Shown here piece by piece: positions 35,279-48,200 of a stretch of 64,000 nt of DNA; the first letter of the stretch is position 1, and each line of letters begins with the position of its first letter. Source of the stretch: the human T2T-CHM13v2.0 reference genome, Homo sapiens. The translations under genes and the position numbers were made by a program. The stretch lies in the NCBI RefSeq assembly GCF_009914755.1, contig NC_060926.1. One strand, given 5' to 3'. Under the pieces are notes generated by a model. The model saw only the letters and a program-made list of their open reading frames with translations. It was not told where the DNA came from and did not search any database.

Positions 35279-37129
35279 AAGGGAGGGAGGAGAAAGAAAG
35301 GATAGAAGGAAGGAAAAGAGGAAGGAAGTGCGGGGGAGGGAGGGCGCCTGTGGCGGCATGGGGGCCTGGTCGTGCTGCTGCTCACAGCCCCTGGGATCTC
35401 CAAGTGCCTTGTGCACCGCTACCCCTCAGGGAGGACCCTGCTTCCCCTGGCCAATGAGCAGCCTTCCCATCTAATCTATAGGCCCCAGAAGCTCTAAAAA
35501 TAACTGAAGTGGAAGGGGGATGTTTAATGACAAAGTAAATAATTACATTAAGGGTGCGAGTTTGGAGGGGAGCTGAGTAAATCACCGAGAAAGAGCACCA
35601 GCCTCCAGCTAACTTCCACTCCTTTATCACCAGATTACATCCTCCTTGGAACCTGAATCATTGACTGTGGCTGGTGGCAGGCTCTGCAGTGGTGGGGGCT
35701 GCGGTCAGGCAGGTGCTGAGAGAGATGCCCTGTGAGCATTTCAGGGTGACCCTGCTGGCCCCAACTCCAGGTGGATGAGCCCCAGGGGCGGGGGCCCTGT
35801 GCTGCTGGAAATTAACTACTCTGCTGGGGGGAGCCAGGTCTCAGGGATGGCCTCACAGCCTTGCTGCCCACAGCTGGAGGGGGCCAGGCTTCTGAGCCAG
35901 AGTGGCTTCAGGGGCCATTTGGTCCATTGAGGTCCAAGGAGGGGGATGGTCTTGCCAGTGCTACGCGGTGAGTATCTACCAGATCTTGGTAGGGAGATTT
36001 CTGGGAGTGGTGTTCCCAGTCCAGGTGTGCTGGGCCGTCTTCTGTGTTGAGAGCAACATCTGCAGTGGGCAAGCCCCAGACAGACTGTAGCCCTCGGAAG
36101 TGGCAGCGTTCACCAGCTTTGGCATGGTGTGGGCTGGGGCTGTCTGGCACACCTGCCCACCTCCCCTGTCCTGGCCTGGAGCCCTCATTTAGTCCCTTCC
36201 ATTGCTGTCCCTCCTCCCTCTACCTCATGGCCTCATCCTGTCCTCAGGGAGGCCCAGCCAACAGCCTCTCTCCTCTCCCTGGCCCTGTGCTACCCCTCAG
36301 GATATAGAGGATGGGCAGGCTCCCAGGCTTATGGGATGTGCTAATAGGGGCGCTTGGAAGGGATGAGGATACAGGGAGACAGCAGTGCCTTGGCCTGAAG
36401 GGACAGATCTTCTCGATAGAAACTGAGTTAGGACACTTGGTGCAAGCAACAGAAGCCCGCTCTGGCTCTCTGAAGCTACGTGGCGTTCTGGTCCTCCGTA
36501 ACTCAGAAGTTCAGGGTTAGATTTGCTTTTAGGACTAGCTAAGCTTGAGGCTCCAGTGACGTCACTGGGACATGTCTCTTTCTGTCCGTGATCTCGATTG
36601 GCTTTCCGCTGGCCTGGCATTCTGATAGCTCTGATCACCAGAGGGTGGAGTTGCTGATGTGTGCCTGATACCCATGAGCTCAGATGGAGGAGTGTCTCAT
36701 TCCGGGTGATTCCAGGAAAAGCCCTGGGGGCAACTTATTGGCTAGGCCTGGGTCCCATGCACCCTTGTGAACCATCCACTGTGACCGAGCCATGTAGTAT
36801 TTTGTGGGGTCCCATGCATACCTGTGCAAAGTGGGGTGGGTCAGCCCCCTTATCTGCTGGAGCTGTGCATAGAAGGGTGGCCCATGTGCTGCTGGTCAAG
36901 CCAAATACCAGTGTCCGCCTCCCTGAAGCCAGATGGCAGGAGGAGTGTGCAGGAGACCCGGAGAGGCCTGGGCTCCTGTAGACATCCACTGGTGGATGGT
37001 GGGGTCAGAGTTGGGCCCTTCAGAAGCAGCAAGGAGTCCTCTGGTCATTCTGTCCCCCCAGCCTCATTCTTTGGGTTGTGCCAGGGGTGCTGTCCCCCTC
37101 CCCTACTTGTCCTTTTGAGCTCCCCATAA

Positions 37130-37790
37130 GGGTACACAAAGTGCTCCCTGAGAAGTGCCAGACCAGAGCCTTGGAGAGGAAATGCTAGAAAGTTCCAGGG
37201 GTGGCATCGCTAAGGAGGGCTCCTTAAAGAATGAGAGAGCTACTGGGAAGGTGGAGGTGAGCAGAGGCTCAACGGGGGGTGGATGACAGGGCATATGCCA
37301 GGGCAGGGAGCAGCGCCTGCTGGAGAGGAGGCTTCATACTAGGGGTAGGAGGAGAGGTGCAGTTGGAAAGGGAGGTTGGAATCACTGTGGGGAGCCTGGG
37401 ATGCCCTGAGAGGAATTTGGATGGAGGGGTAGTAGGGAGCCATTGAAGGGCTTTGAGCAGGGGAGGGGCATTTAGAATCAGCACATCTCTTTGCTGATTG
37501 ATTTGAAGCATTCCATACCCACAAATGAAATCCTGCTGGACAGCTCTGCTTTTCAGAAGATTCTTTTTCCTCCCTCCCTCCCTCCTTCCCTCCCTCTTTC
37601 CTTCTCTTCCTTTTTTCCACAAGTGTTTACTGGGGGCCTACTATGCGCCGGGCAGTGTAGTCCCTGGGTGGCAGCAGCGAACACACAGGCAAGGTCCACT
37701 TCTCTGGAACTGACATTCTAGTTGGGAGACACAGGCAAGTACCCAAATCAATGACTGTGCGGAACAGGATGTAAGATGGGTATTCTGGCA
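37130..37790 (-). mobile_element. L2 fragments
   Basis: gtagggagccattgaagggctttgagcaggg; caagtgtttactgggggcctactatgcgccgggca...ctgacattctagttggg. Confidence 0.6.
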
Positions 37791-39602
37791 GGGAGAGATG
37801 GGGGATCGGCGGCCTCAGCCTTCCTTGAGACAGGAACACTTTTCCCAGGGTTGTTGAAGCCACTGTCTCTCTCAAATGTGCTGGTTAGGGCGCAATAGAA
37901 AACCACTTCCTCTGCTGTGGGAGGAGAAGAAACTCATCCCGAAGCCAGCTGCAGGCTGAAGAGCGGGTTCAGGTCACCCCTGTACAGCAGGACAGGGCCA
38001 CACACACATGTCGCGGCCCGGTCCCCTCACTGCGTTGGGAGTCCGGTGTCCCCAGGAGCCGCTGGATGGGCCCTTGTGCAGGCAGATGCCCTGGGTCCTG
38101 GCCCCACTTGTGGGAGCTGTGGCGGTTCCCGTGCATCCTTGTCTTTCACGGGGGAATGATGAGGACTTCCCTCCTAGGGCCGTGGTCAGGGCTGAAGCTG
38201 AGACGCAGGCCGGATTACGATCCACAGGGTCATCCTCACAGGGGTTTTGGAAGGACTGACCGTGCTGCCACCATGGGGGACCTGAGGCCCTTCTTTCCAT
38301 CACTGGGGTCATGACTCCCAGAGTGGCCTTCTGGGGGCATGTCTGGCCTCTCCCTACCCTCACACCCTGGGGTGTCATGGTGGAACCCATGGTCTCTGTC
38401 TGGGGACATCACCTTTCCTAGTCATTCAGGCTGCCGGGGAGCCCCTTTCTCCTGTTGCCGTCCTTGGCATGCGGGCTCTGACCTCTCTTTTCCTGGAACT
38501 TTTTCTCCTGGGCTGTGTTTTTCAGGTCTCTGAACCTCTGGTGCTGGCCCAGGTGAGTGCCCCCTCCAATCCTGCCAGTGTGTGAGCTCTGTTCTCCCTC
38601 TTCCACATGGGGGATGCTTCACAGCAGTGAGGGCGAGAGTCTTCTCTTCTTTCTGTGTGTCCCCACTGAAGAAGGCGGGGACACCTGGCCATGTTGTGGA
38701 GCCTTTCCTGGGTAGGGAAAGAGCGCTGGTCTGGGTTGGGAGATGGACCCCCAGCACTGCGAGGTCCCCAGACGATGGCTGTGAAAGGGTCCCGAAGAAT
38801 TTTCAGCATGCCACACACAGGATGTAAAGTGTTGGCGCTCCTGGCCAGCGCCTGAGCACCACTAATATGGACAATGTCCTGGCAGGGCCGGGGTGGCGAA
38901 ACATGCTTCTTTTGTGCATCTGTTCCCAAGGAGGAATTGGAGGCTTCTGAAGACTTAAAAACCACACCAAAACAAAATAACCAGAGAAAATGTTTCCCTG
39001 TGCTGTGGTTCTAAGAGCTGCATTGCTTTGGGGAAGAAGGGAAGGCAAGAACCCCCTTTGAAATCTTTTCCCGGAGGAGGTGGGGGATGGCGTGGGTGCC
39101 CATGGACATGCAGTCCACGTGATGGCTGCCACGTGCCCTTGAGCATCCTCATCCCAGAATGGCCCAGCTGCGCACAGAGGAACAGCCTGATCCCCTCAGC
39201 TGCGTTGAGTCTTGGGAGAGGGAGAGCCAAGCTCCAGGTGTCGATTGAAACTCTGAGTCCTGCTCGTGCAAGGACTTTGCAGCTGCGTGACTGCCCGGGG
39301 CGATGGGTGCTACCACACTTGTCTGCCAGGCCATTCTCCTGACAATGTTCTTGTACATGCAGCTGCAGCTGGCCCCAGATCCCCAGGTCCCCCACCACCA
39401 CCCTGGCCCCTCACTGCTGACTTCTCCTCCATCTCTTGCCATTCTTGCATGCAGTCTTGTCCCCAAGACAAGTAGGGAAGATGGTGCCAGCCTAGTGGGC
39501 TACTTTGTCCTGAGAAGGTCATGTTCAGCTTCCCCACCATCCAAGGGAAGTCTGTGCCCCTGATTTGAGGGGAAGATGCATTTTCTAAGGTTACTTCAAC
39601 TT

Positions 39603-40030
39603 ATGGTGTCTTAGTTATCATTCTTAGAAGCAGGCTCTTAAGAGAAGGATTCTGGTATACCTGGTTTATTTGGAGTTGTAGGGAAGGGAGTGGTGAGGTG
39701 AGACGGGAGGAAAGCACCCATAAAGGGAGGCTAAGAGAGTCAGCTGCCCCCGAGAACAACTGGAGCTTCATCCCTGGGGGGACTCTGGGAGCTGGCATGG
39801 TTATCCCATCCCAGAGAAAGGAAGCAGCTCTAAACACCAATTGCTGGCAGTGCCCCACTGAGGGTTCCTTTCGCACTCCAGACCTGTTGCACAGCTGGGC
39901 AAAGTGGGCTTTGGAGACAGAAAACCCTCAGTTAACCACGGTGCTGGTGGTTGGAAAGGATGTGTGCACCAAAGGGGTAAGGGCACCGGGATTTGAGTGG
40001 GAATCAACAGGATCTGCCCTACAGAGATGG
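39603..40030 (-). mobile_element. ERVL-type solo LTR (LTR16/LTR33-like)
   Basis: gaagcagg.tct.aaga.aaggattc...gtttatttggag...agggagtggtgaggtgagacggga...caactggagcttcatccctggggg resembles recalled LTR16/33 consensus. Confidence 0.55.
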
Positions 40031-40252
40031 GGGTGGTAAGTGCTGATCGCCATGATTTCTGGGGGCTTAGGAAGCCTTTTCTGTGTCTGTATGATTTTGT
40101 GGTTAAACATGAATGCTGATGGCTGAAAGGTGTGTGAGTGTGGTAAAATGGATACTTCTAGGCAGATCACCTGGCTGTTGTCAGATATCAGTGCCTCACT
40201 GGGAATGAGTTGATCAGATTTCATGCTGAGAGCAGTGTTGGGTGGGGTGGAG

Positions 40253-40607
40253 CAGGGGTCCCATCCTCCGGCTACAGACTGGCACCAGTCCATGCCCTGT
40301 TGTGAACCAGGCCGCATAGCGGGAGGTGAGCAGCAGGCAAGAGCATTACCACCTGAGCCGCACCTTCTGTCAGATCAGCAGCGGCATTACATTCTCACAG
40401 GAGCAAGAACCCTATTGTGAACTGTGCATTTGAGGGATCTAGGTTGCGTGCTCCTTATGAGAATCTAATGCCTGATGCACCTGAGGTGGAACAGTTTTGG
40501 GATTCCTGCCCCCGCCCGCCCCACCCCCCGCCCCCGCTGCATTGGTCCCTGGAAAAATTGTCTTCCATGAAACTGGTCCCTGGTGCCAAAAAGCTTCGGG
40601 ACCATTG
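40253..40607 (+). mobile_element. MER1B DNA transposon (hAT-Charlie)
   Basis: caggggtccc...aaccaggccgca...cctgagc...gtcagatcagcagcggcatt.attctca.aggagc.gaaccctattgtgaactg...gagggatctaggttgc...gaaaaattgtcttccatgaaactggtccctggtgccaaaaag. Confidence 0.9.
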
Positions 40608-41914
40608 GGGTAGAGGGCAGGACAGAGGCTGCCTCTTGGAGGATGAGGTCAGAAATGGGCGTGATGGTCCTGGAGATCCCCTGAGTGTATCCTCAAAGAC
40701 AAGGGCCAGTGTCCTGTCCTGTCCTGTCCTGTTGATGCCAGCGTCCACGGGCCTGAGACAGGGAGAGGTCGATGGTTCTCCCAGCTAAGCCTTTTAGAAT
40801 GGAGGAGACCCCAGACCCTGAGCCCCAGGGATGAGCCTGATCTATAACCAGTCATTGAAAATACATACAGTGAAATGGAAGTTTCTGCCATTGAGCAGGC
40901 TCTTGCTGACCGCTGTAAAGATAAGTAACGGCAGTTTTCAGGCCACTTAAACCCTTACCTTTGGGGTATTAAGGGGTCTCTGCAGACAGTAAGTCTTTAT
41001 CGGGAAGTGTTTACTCATAAAAAAACACAGTGAAGCCGGGGAGAGAAAGCACCTCAGCCTTTATGGCGCCACAACCCATCTGTAACAGGAGCTGCAAATC
41101 ACCTGTGGGCTGCAGACGATTCTGCCCAAAAGTTGGGGGCGGAAGTGAGAGTAAAAGCTGACTTGCTACCATGCAGACAGCATTGCCTGCCCCGCCAGCC
41201 CCCTCCCTCCACCGATAGAGGGACTGTGCTGCCGTGTGTGTGGCTCAGCCGTCTTGCTGTGGCTCCCAAGTACCACGGGATTGAGCCTGAGCTCTGTGGT
41301 CACGTGCCCCCTGGCCCACCTCTCTAGCCTCTGTGCCTGCGCACCTCTGATGGTGCTCCCTGCTTCCAGAGTGCCTTCCCCTGCTTTTCTACCCCTGGGA
41401 GGGCTACCCAAATGCCCTCCCCATACCAGTTAGAGTCCGATCAGTGGAGTAGAATCACCGTGAGAGACTTGGAACCAGGGTGGTGATAGGATCAGCTCCT
41501 GCCCAGTCGTGGGAGCAGTGATATCTCTACAAAGCCACGGTCTCTGCCTCTGGTGCTGGGCTGAAGTCATTGTAGGTCAGTGGCATTGGCGATCTGAGGG
41601 GGTGTTAGGTGTGACGTGGGGGAGAACAAGGACAAGCTGGAACCCACCAGGATGGTTAGAGTTCACGCCTGCCTTCCTGTACTTCCAGCTTCATGATGGA
41701 TAGGTGGATGCACATGGGGTTGGAGGTGGGTTGTATGACCCTCCCCCTTGGAACTATATCCACTCCTGGCTCTATGGGAGAAAGAGCTGGCTCCAACCCT
41801 CTTTGCCCCACAGATCAGTGATGATGTTTGGGGACTGAGGGAGCCTCTGGGATCCTACAGTAGCAGTTCCAAACCTTTTGGTCCACAGATCCCTGTACAC
41901 TTAAAAATTACTGA

Positions 41915-42230
<316 letters not shown>

Positions 42231-42756
42231 CCAAAGAGCTTTTTTAATGTGGGTTATATCTATTGATATTTACCTTGTTTGAAACTTAAAAAAATGAGAA
42301 CTATTTAAAATATTTTGTCTTCAAATTCATTTGAAAATAACAATGATACAACTATTATATTTATGAAAAGAGCTTCTCCAAAATTAAAAAAAAAAGTAAG
42401 AAGAGTAGGATTACACTTCTGCAAATATCCTTAATTTCTGTCTTAATGGAAGACAGCTAAATTCTCATGTCTACTTCTGCATTGAGTCTGTTGCACTATG
42501 TTGTTTTGGTTAAAATATATGAAGGAAATCCAGTCTAATACAGATCTAGAGATAGAAAAGAGGAGGGTATTTTAAAAGCCTTTTCGCCTAATTTGGATGT
42601 TCTTTGATGCTGCACCAAAACACGACATTATGGAATCTGAAACAGATCAAAGGCCTTCCCATGCTGTTGGTTAAAATCCATGGGTCTGTCTTGCACTTTG
42701 AATGGATATTTTTTTACCCATGCGTTATTTTGTATGACCGTGCATCAGTCATTCAG

Positions 42757-42800
42757 AATTAGAAGCCCACATCTTCCAAATTAGAAGTCCAGATCTTCCA
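42757..42800. repeat. 22-bp tandem duplication
   Basis: aattagaagcccacatcttcca followed by aattagaagtccagatcttcca. Confidence 0.85.
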
Positions 42801-44975
42801 AAGCTACACTGGAAAATACAGAGACAATGAGCGAGGAAGACAAATGAGGTTTTAGGATTATTATGAAAATGTGACTTTGCCCATCTCTTGAGAGGACCGC
42901 TGCTCTATGCCATCCTTCCTCCTAATCCCACATAGATTTCTGCTGTGGCCAGCCCTCACCCGGAACCACACAGGGAAGTGCGTAATGTCAGCTTGGCGAA
43001 GTGGCCTCGGTATGAAGCCACCCCCACTGCCTCCGTGGGGTCTCTCCCCCAGCTCCCAGCCCCGCAGTCTGGCTGCGCTTGTGCCCTGAAGGAGCAGGCC
43101 ATGCTCACTGCCCACCTGTCACCCCTTCCATCACATGCCCATCATGACAGGCCCCCTCACTTCACCCCATTGGCCCCGCTGATGAGCTCGCTGTGGACCA
43201 TCGGGGGATCTCCTGCCTCCTCCTCTTACAGTCTCATCACCGCTCCGCCTCAGCCCTTTCCTTCCCTGGCTTCTAAGCTCCCCTTGTGTTCTCCTGCCTG
43301 CCCCTTTTCCCTCAGGTGAAGGTCCCAGGCTTTGTCCTGAGTGCTCTTCTCTTGTCACTGGAAACTCATCGCGGGGGCACCTGGGTAGCAAGACCCTCTC
43401 AGCTGTCTCTGCCCAGACCCCTATATCTGTCTCATCAGCTCCAACTGCTCATCCACTGGCCTGCCTGGTGCTGGATGTCCCAGGCTGTGTACACAGTGCC
43501 CCTCCCCACCCATCCCACATCACCTGGCCCCGCTCCAGACTCCTTTGCGGGCGTAGCGTCCTCACCCACTCGCTCGTATGGAGCAAACCTAAGAGACCCG
43601 GCCGGCCTGAGAACCATGTGGCAGGGCTGAGGGGATGGATCCGCACGGGACCTTCTGAGGACAGCTTCCTGAGGCCTCCATGTCCTGCCATTACACATGA
43701 GGCCCAGAAGGGTCCCCTGGTTTGCCCAGGGCCTCACATGGGATTTGATGGGATCCTGTTTCTAAACCCCGTGCTCCACTCTTGCCTGTGCTTTTCCAGG
43801 GCCCTTGGTTCAAGGGCCCTGTGGCCCTGTGCCTGCATCTGGTTGAGGTTCACAGCTGCCTGAACACTGGGGCCTTGCAGAGAGGTGGTGGGAGGAGCTG
43901 GAGAGCTCCAAGGAGCCCCGCTTTCATCCCCGAGGGGTGGCAGTGCCTCTTCCAAGCCTGCAGGGCAGGGGTGTGGAGGGTGAAGTCTAACACCAGGACA
44001 GCCAGTGGGTACATTTAGGGCTCTTGTTTGCCATCCAAGAAGAAGCCTCCAAGAAGAAAGTAGCATCTGCTTCTCTAATCAGCCCCTGGGAAGGAGTGTG
44101 GACGTGCCAGTGGCCTGAGACAGAGATAAATGGTGTGCACCGACCCTTTGAACTGGCTGGGCCTAGTCTGGGTGCATTTAGTGCAGACAAAGCCAAGAGC
44201 CAGGAAGGACTGAACCACACAAGGCCGAGGTGGGCCAGGCACTGGCATTGGCTAAGTCCTTACCGAGTAGGTGCTGGGCACTACAGGAAGGAAGCAAGAG
44301 TGCGTCTCTCCCTGCCCCTCCTCCCCAAACCCCACTCCCAACACGAATCACTCCTGAGTCTTGATAATATTCCGAGTGAGTCTGGGCCCCAGGCGTGTCT
44401 CTCCAGGGACTCTCCAGTCCCCCAGTGTCTCCGCCCAGGCCCTGTGCCCTGCCAAATCCCAAGGCTCCTTCAAGGCCAAATTCAGTAGTCAATTCTGTTT
44501 CATTCAAAAGGCATTTAGATGTTTACGAAAGGCCTACTGGTTAGCATGTTACCAGGGCCACCCGGCTAGTAAGTGGTTTGAGCCAGGATTTGAACTTGAA
44601 TCCTTCTGAGCCTCCCCCACCTTATGCTGATAACCTGCTTATCTGAAGCAGCCGCAGCCCCCCGCCCTCTTTTACTGATACCCACTTCTAGGTTACGTGC
44701 TGGGAAACATATCATTTTGTTAGAATAGTTTCTAAGCCAAGAATCCAGACGCACTGAATAAGGGCCTAGGGGGCTTTTATCATACACTCTTAGTGCAAAG
44801 CCTCTGAGATGTAGGTTTAGGGGCTCAGGGGCTTCTTGGCTCTTGTTGGGTTCCTGGCTGCAGCTGGTAGAGTTGCCTTTTAGGAGTGAGTGACCTCCAG
44901 ATGGGTGAGGTTTGTGTTGCACTTTAAAAGTACTGATAGTAGATATTCAGAGTGACAGAGTGCCACTAATAGAGA

Positions 44976-45273
<298 letters not shown>

Positions 45274-48200
45274 ACCGGTTTTTGTATTTTCTATCCACCC
45301 TCGTTTTTAATCTTCCTTTGCCATTCCTCCTTTAGCAGCTGAAAGCCAATGGCAGGCACAGAGAATTCTATAACCTGAGCCTTGTTCTCAAGAACCAGAA
45401 ATCTGAAGGACTTTGCCACAGGCAGTTTATTCATCTGCTTGCAGGCATTTACCAGTTACTGTGCCAGTCCGTTATGCTGGGGCAAATACCCCACTGGCCA
45501 AGCCCCCAGGGAGCTCACCGGCTAAGAAGAAGGACTGATCAGTGCAAGGACAGCATCTTAGTGTGGTAACGACTCCAAGAGAAGTCATTTCCAGATACTT
45601 CATCCTGCTGCTGGGGGAAGAGAGGCAGGGAAGACTTCTTGGAGGAGGCCAGACCCAGCCTGAGCTGGGTCTTGAGGGATGAATACGGGTTCACTAGGCA
45701 GAAAAGTGGGGCCCAGAGAACAGAATACGAGCACAGGCAGCAGGATGGCCAGCCGCCAAGGCCATGGGAACCTGGGGAAGGTTGGCTGCTTTGCTGGAGG
45801 AAACCTCCAGCAGCATCTACTGAGGCATCCACCCTTAGAAAGACTGAGGCTGATGAAGGCAAGTGAAGGAAAGGTCCAGGCTGGTCCCTTTTGCCCTCTG
45901 TCTGGTTTTCTCTGAGCTAAGATAGTTCTCTCTGGCTCCCTTAAAATCAGGACAGTGGAGCGAAGGTGGGTTTGGGGGCCAATTTCTCCTCCTCTCAGCC
46001 ATCCCAGGCTTTGCTTTCTTGCCGAGTCTAAACTCTCAGCTGTCGCCCTCGTATTTGCTCAGGGGCCCCTGTTAGGGGGACTGTGCACTTTCATCCAGCT
46101 GGACGCCGGAGTTCCCTGGAAGCCGAGAGGGTTAAATCACCAAGCCAGCTGGTGAGCATTAGTTCCCCCCTCTCCAGGCAGTAACGTCAGAGGCTGATGC
46201 TGGCGGCAAAGAAGCTGGTGGCAGGAGGAGGCGGAGAGCTGCCTTGAGGCACTCCGGGGGTGGGCTCCTGGCCTGGGACCCTGCCCCAGCAACCCCCAGG
46301 TAGGCTGGCTGTGGATGTGTGGGCTCCGGACACCCTGCGGGGACGGCTGCTGTCCACGCCAGTGTGTGGACGTGTGTGCACACCCTGTGTGTCTGTGTTT
46401 CTTCTCTTTGTGAGAGTTAGCCTTCTGCTGTGGCAAAAACTTCAGTGGAGAAGGAAAGAGTGAGCGCTGGAGAGGGTAGCTTTTTTTCTAGTGGGAAGGG
46501 GACTGACTTCTTTAAACAAACACTCAAGTGTTCCAGTGGCCACGGAGCAGGCAGACGTGGGCCACACTGCATCTTCCAGGGTTTCTCTATGCCACTTGGG
46601 GTGCAGTCTTGAGTGGCCAGAGGAGCAGTTTGCTGAGGTGGCTTAAGAACATGTTTTCTCATCTGTCTGTGACCAGGAGGCGTTTCGAAGGGCTTGCCAT
46701 GTGCCGACTCAGTAACTAGTGTGTGGCCTCCCGGTGGTTTCAGATGCCTTGCCAAGGCCGACCCACCCCCCTCCTCGAGGAAATGCAAAAAGTGTTTTCA
46801 GGGCCCAGAACACTAAGCCTGGGATGATCTGCTCCTCCCTGACTGGCAGCCTGTCTTGCGTGGGCGGCCGAGCTCGCAGCCACCAGGACCTGATGGGGAC
46901 AGTGTTTCCTGGGGCCTCTGTACGGGGGAGGTTCTCTCGAGTTGCAAAGGTGCAGATGCGCCAGGAGGGTTCTTGGCCCCTAGGCTTCATGGATAGAGTT
47001 TACTAGGACAAGCAAAGGCCTGGTGTGCGATCTGTTTTCCTATTTGACTGGATGTTGGGAGAAAAATGTCCAAATTAGGGATGGGCCCATGGCTCAGCTG
47101 AGCAGAACACTGGGTGAACTTCTACTGTGAAAGAAATAGCAGATCCGGCGGACATTTATGGGCGACAGAGAAGGGTAGCTCAGCATTGAGGAGGGAGTTT
47201 GGTCTCATTCTGGCCGAGACTGTCAAATCCTCGGATGGGCTTGTAAACCAGCTCCTGGCCTAGCCTCATCAAACGTGAGGATGAGGAAGAGAGAGCCTGG
47301 TGGGCCCTGGGGAGGGGACCTGCACTCTCAGTGGGACACCTGGTGACCAGTAAGCCTGGTCCACTGCCCTTCCTCACCCTCTCGTCTTTCTAATAAACAG
47401 AGGGGAAGTGCCTGTGCATAGACTTGGGGACTATTACATTGACTCAGAAAGACCCTCTTTTCCCTTTTGCCCCAACCAGTGCTTTACGAGGTTGCCTAAG
47501 CCTGTGCTGCGACCCCCAGAGGCAGGTGCAACCCCATTTTACAGATGGGGATGCTGAGGCTCTTCACCAGGGCCGCCCAGCTGGATGGCAGTGGGGTGGG
47601 TCACACCGAGCCTCCTTTCCCCTGGGCTGGGCTGCCACCCGAGGCCCCCACTATGTGTTCCTGTTTGCCTTTGACTCCACGGGGGCCGGGAGAAAGTGGC
47701 ACTGGGGATGCCACCAGGCTGCTTGTCAACTGGCCTTTGCTGTGTTCCACACCTCTGACATGGAGATGAGGCTGTGGTGGCTAAGACCGGGCGGTGGGCC
47801 GAGTTCATGTTCCTGCTATGCCAGTGATAGCTGGACGAGACCTAGAGCAAGGCTGTGAACTCTTGTGGCCTTGGAGTTCTTGTCTGTGCAGCATCCTTTC
47901 GGGTGCAAGGATTGTTACAAGGGTTGAGTGAGCTGTTATCAGCGAAGCACTGAACAGTGTCTGGAAGGTGACAAACTCAACAAAGTGTCTCTGGAGTTAG
48001 AGCAGCCTTCTTGTGGTCCCTGGACCCGGCAGTGTGCTATGGGCATAGTGCCCTGCACAGCGGGTCCAGCTCAAGGGACAGGGACAAAATGACCTTTTCA
48101 GAAGCGTGTTAGGAAACAGCCCGATGGGCCCTAAGGCTCCAGAACCTTTGTGTTCCCTGAATCCTGACCCTCACAGGGTCCTTGCATGAACTTGACACAA

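Noticed and set aside
36636-36650. CTCF-like CACCAGAGGGTGG (and a similar motif near 58600)
   Set aside because: Partial matches lacking the 3' GC core; cannot be supported without ChIP data.
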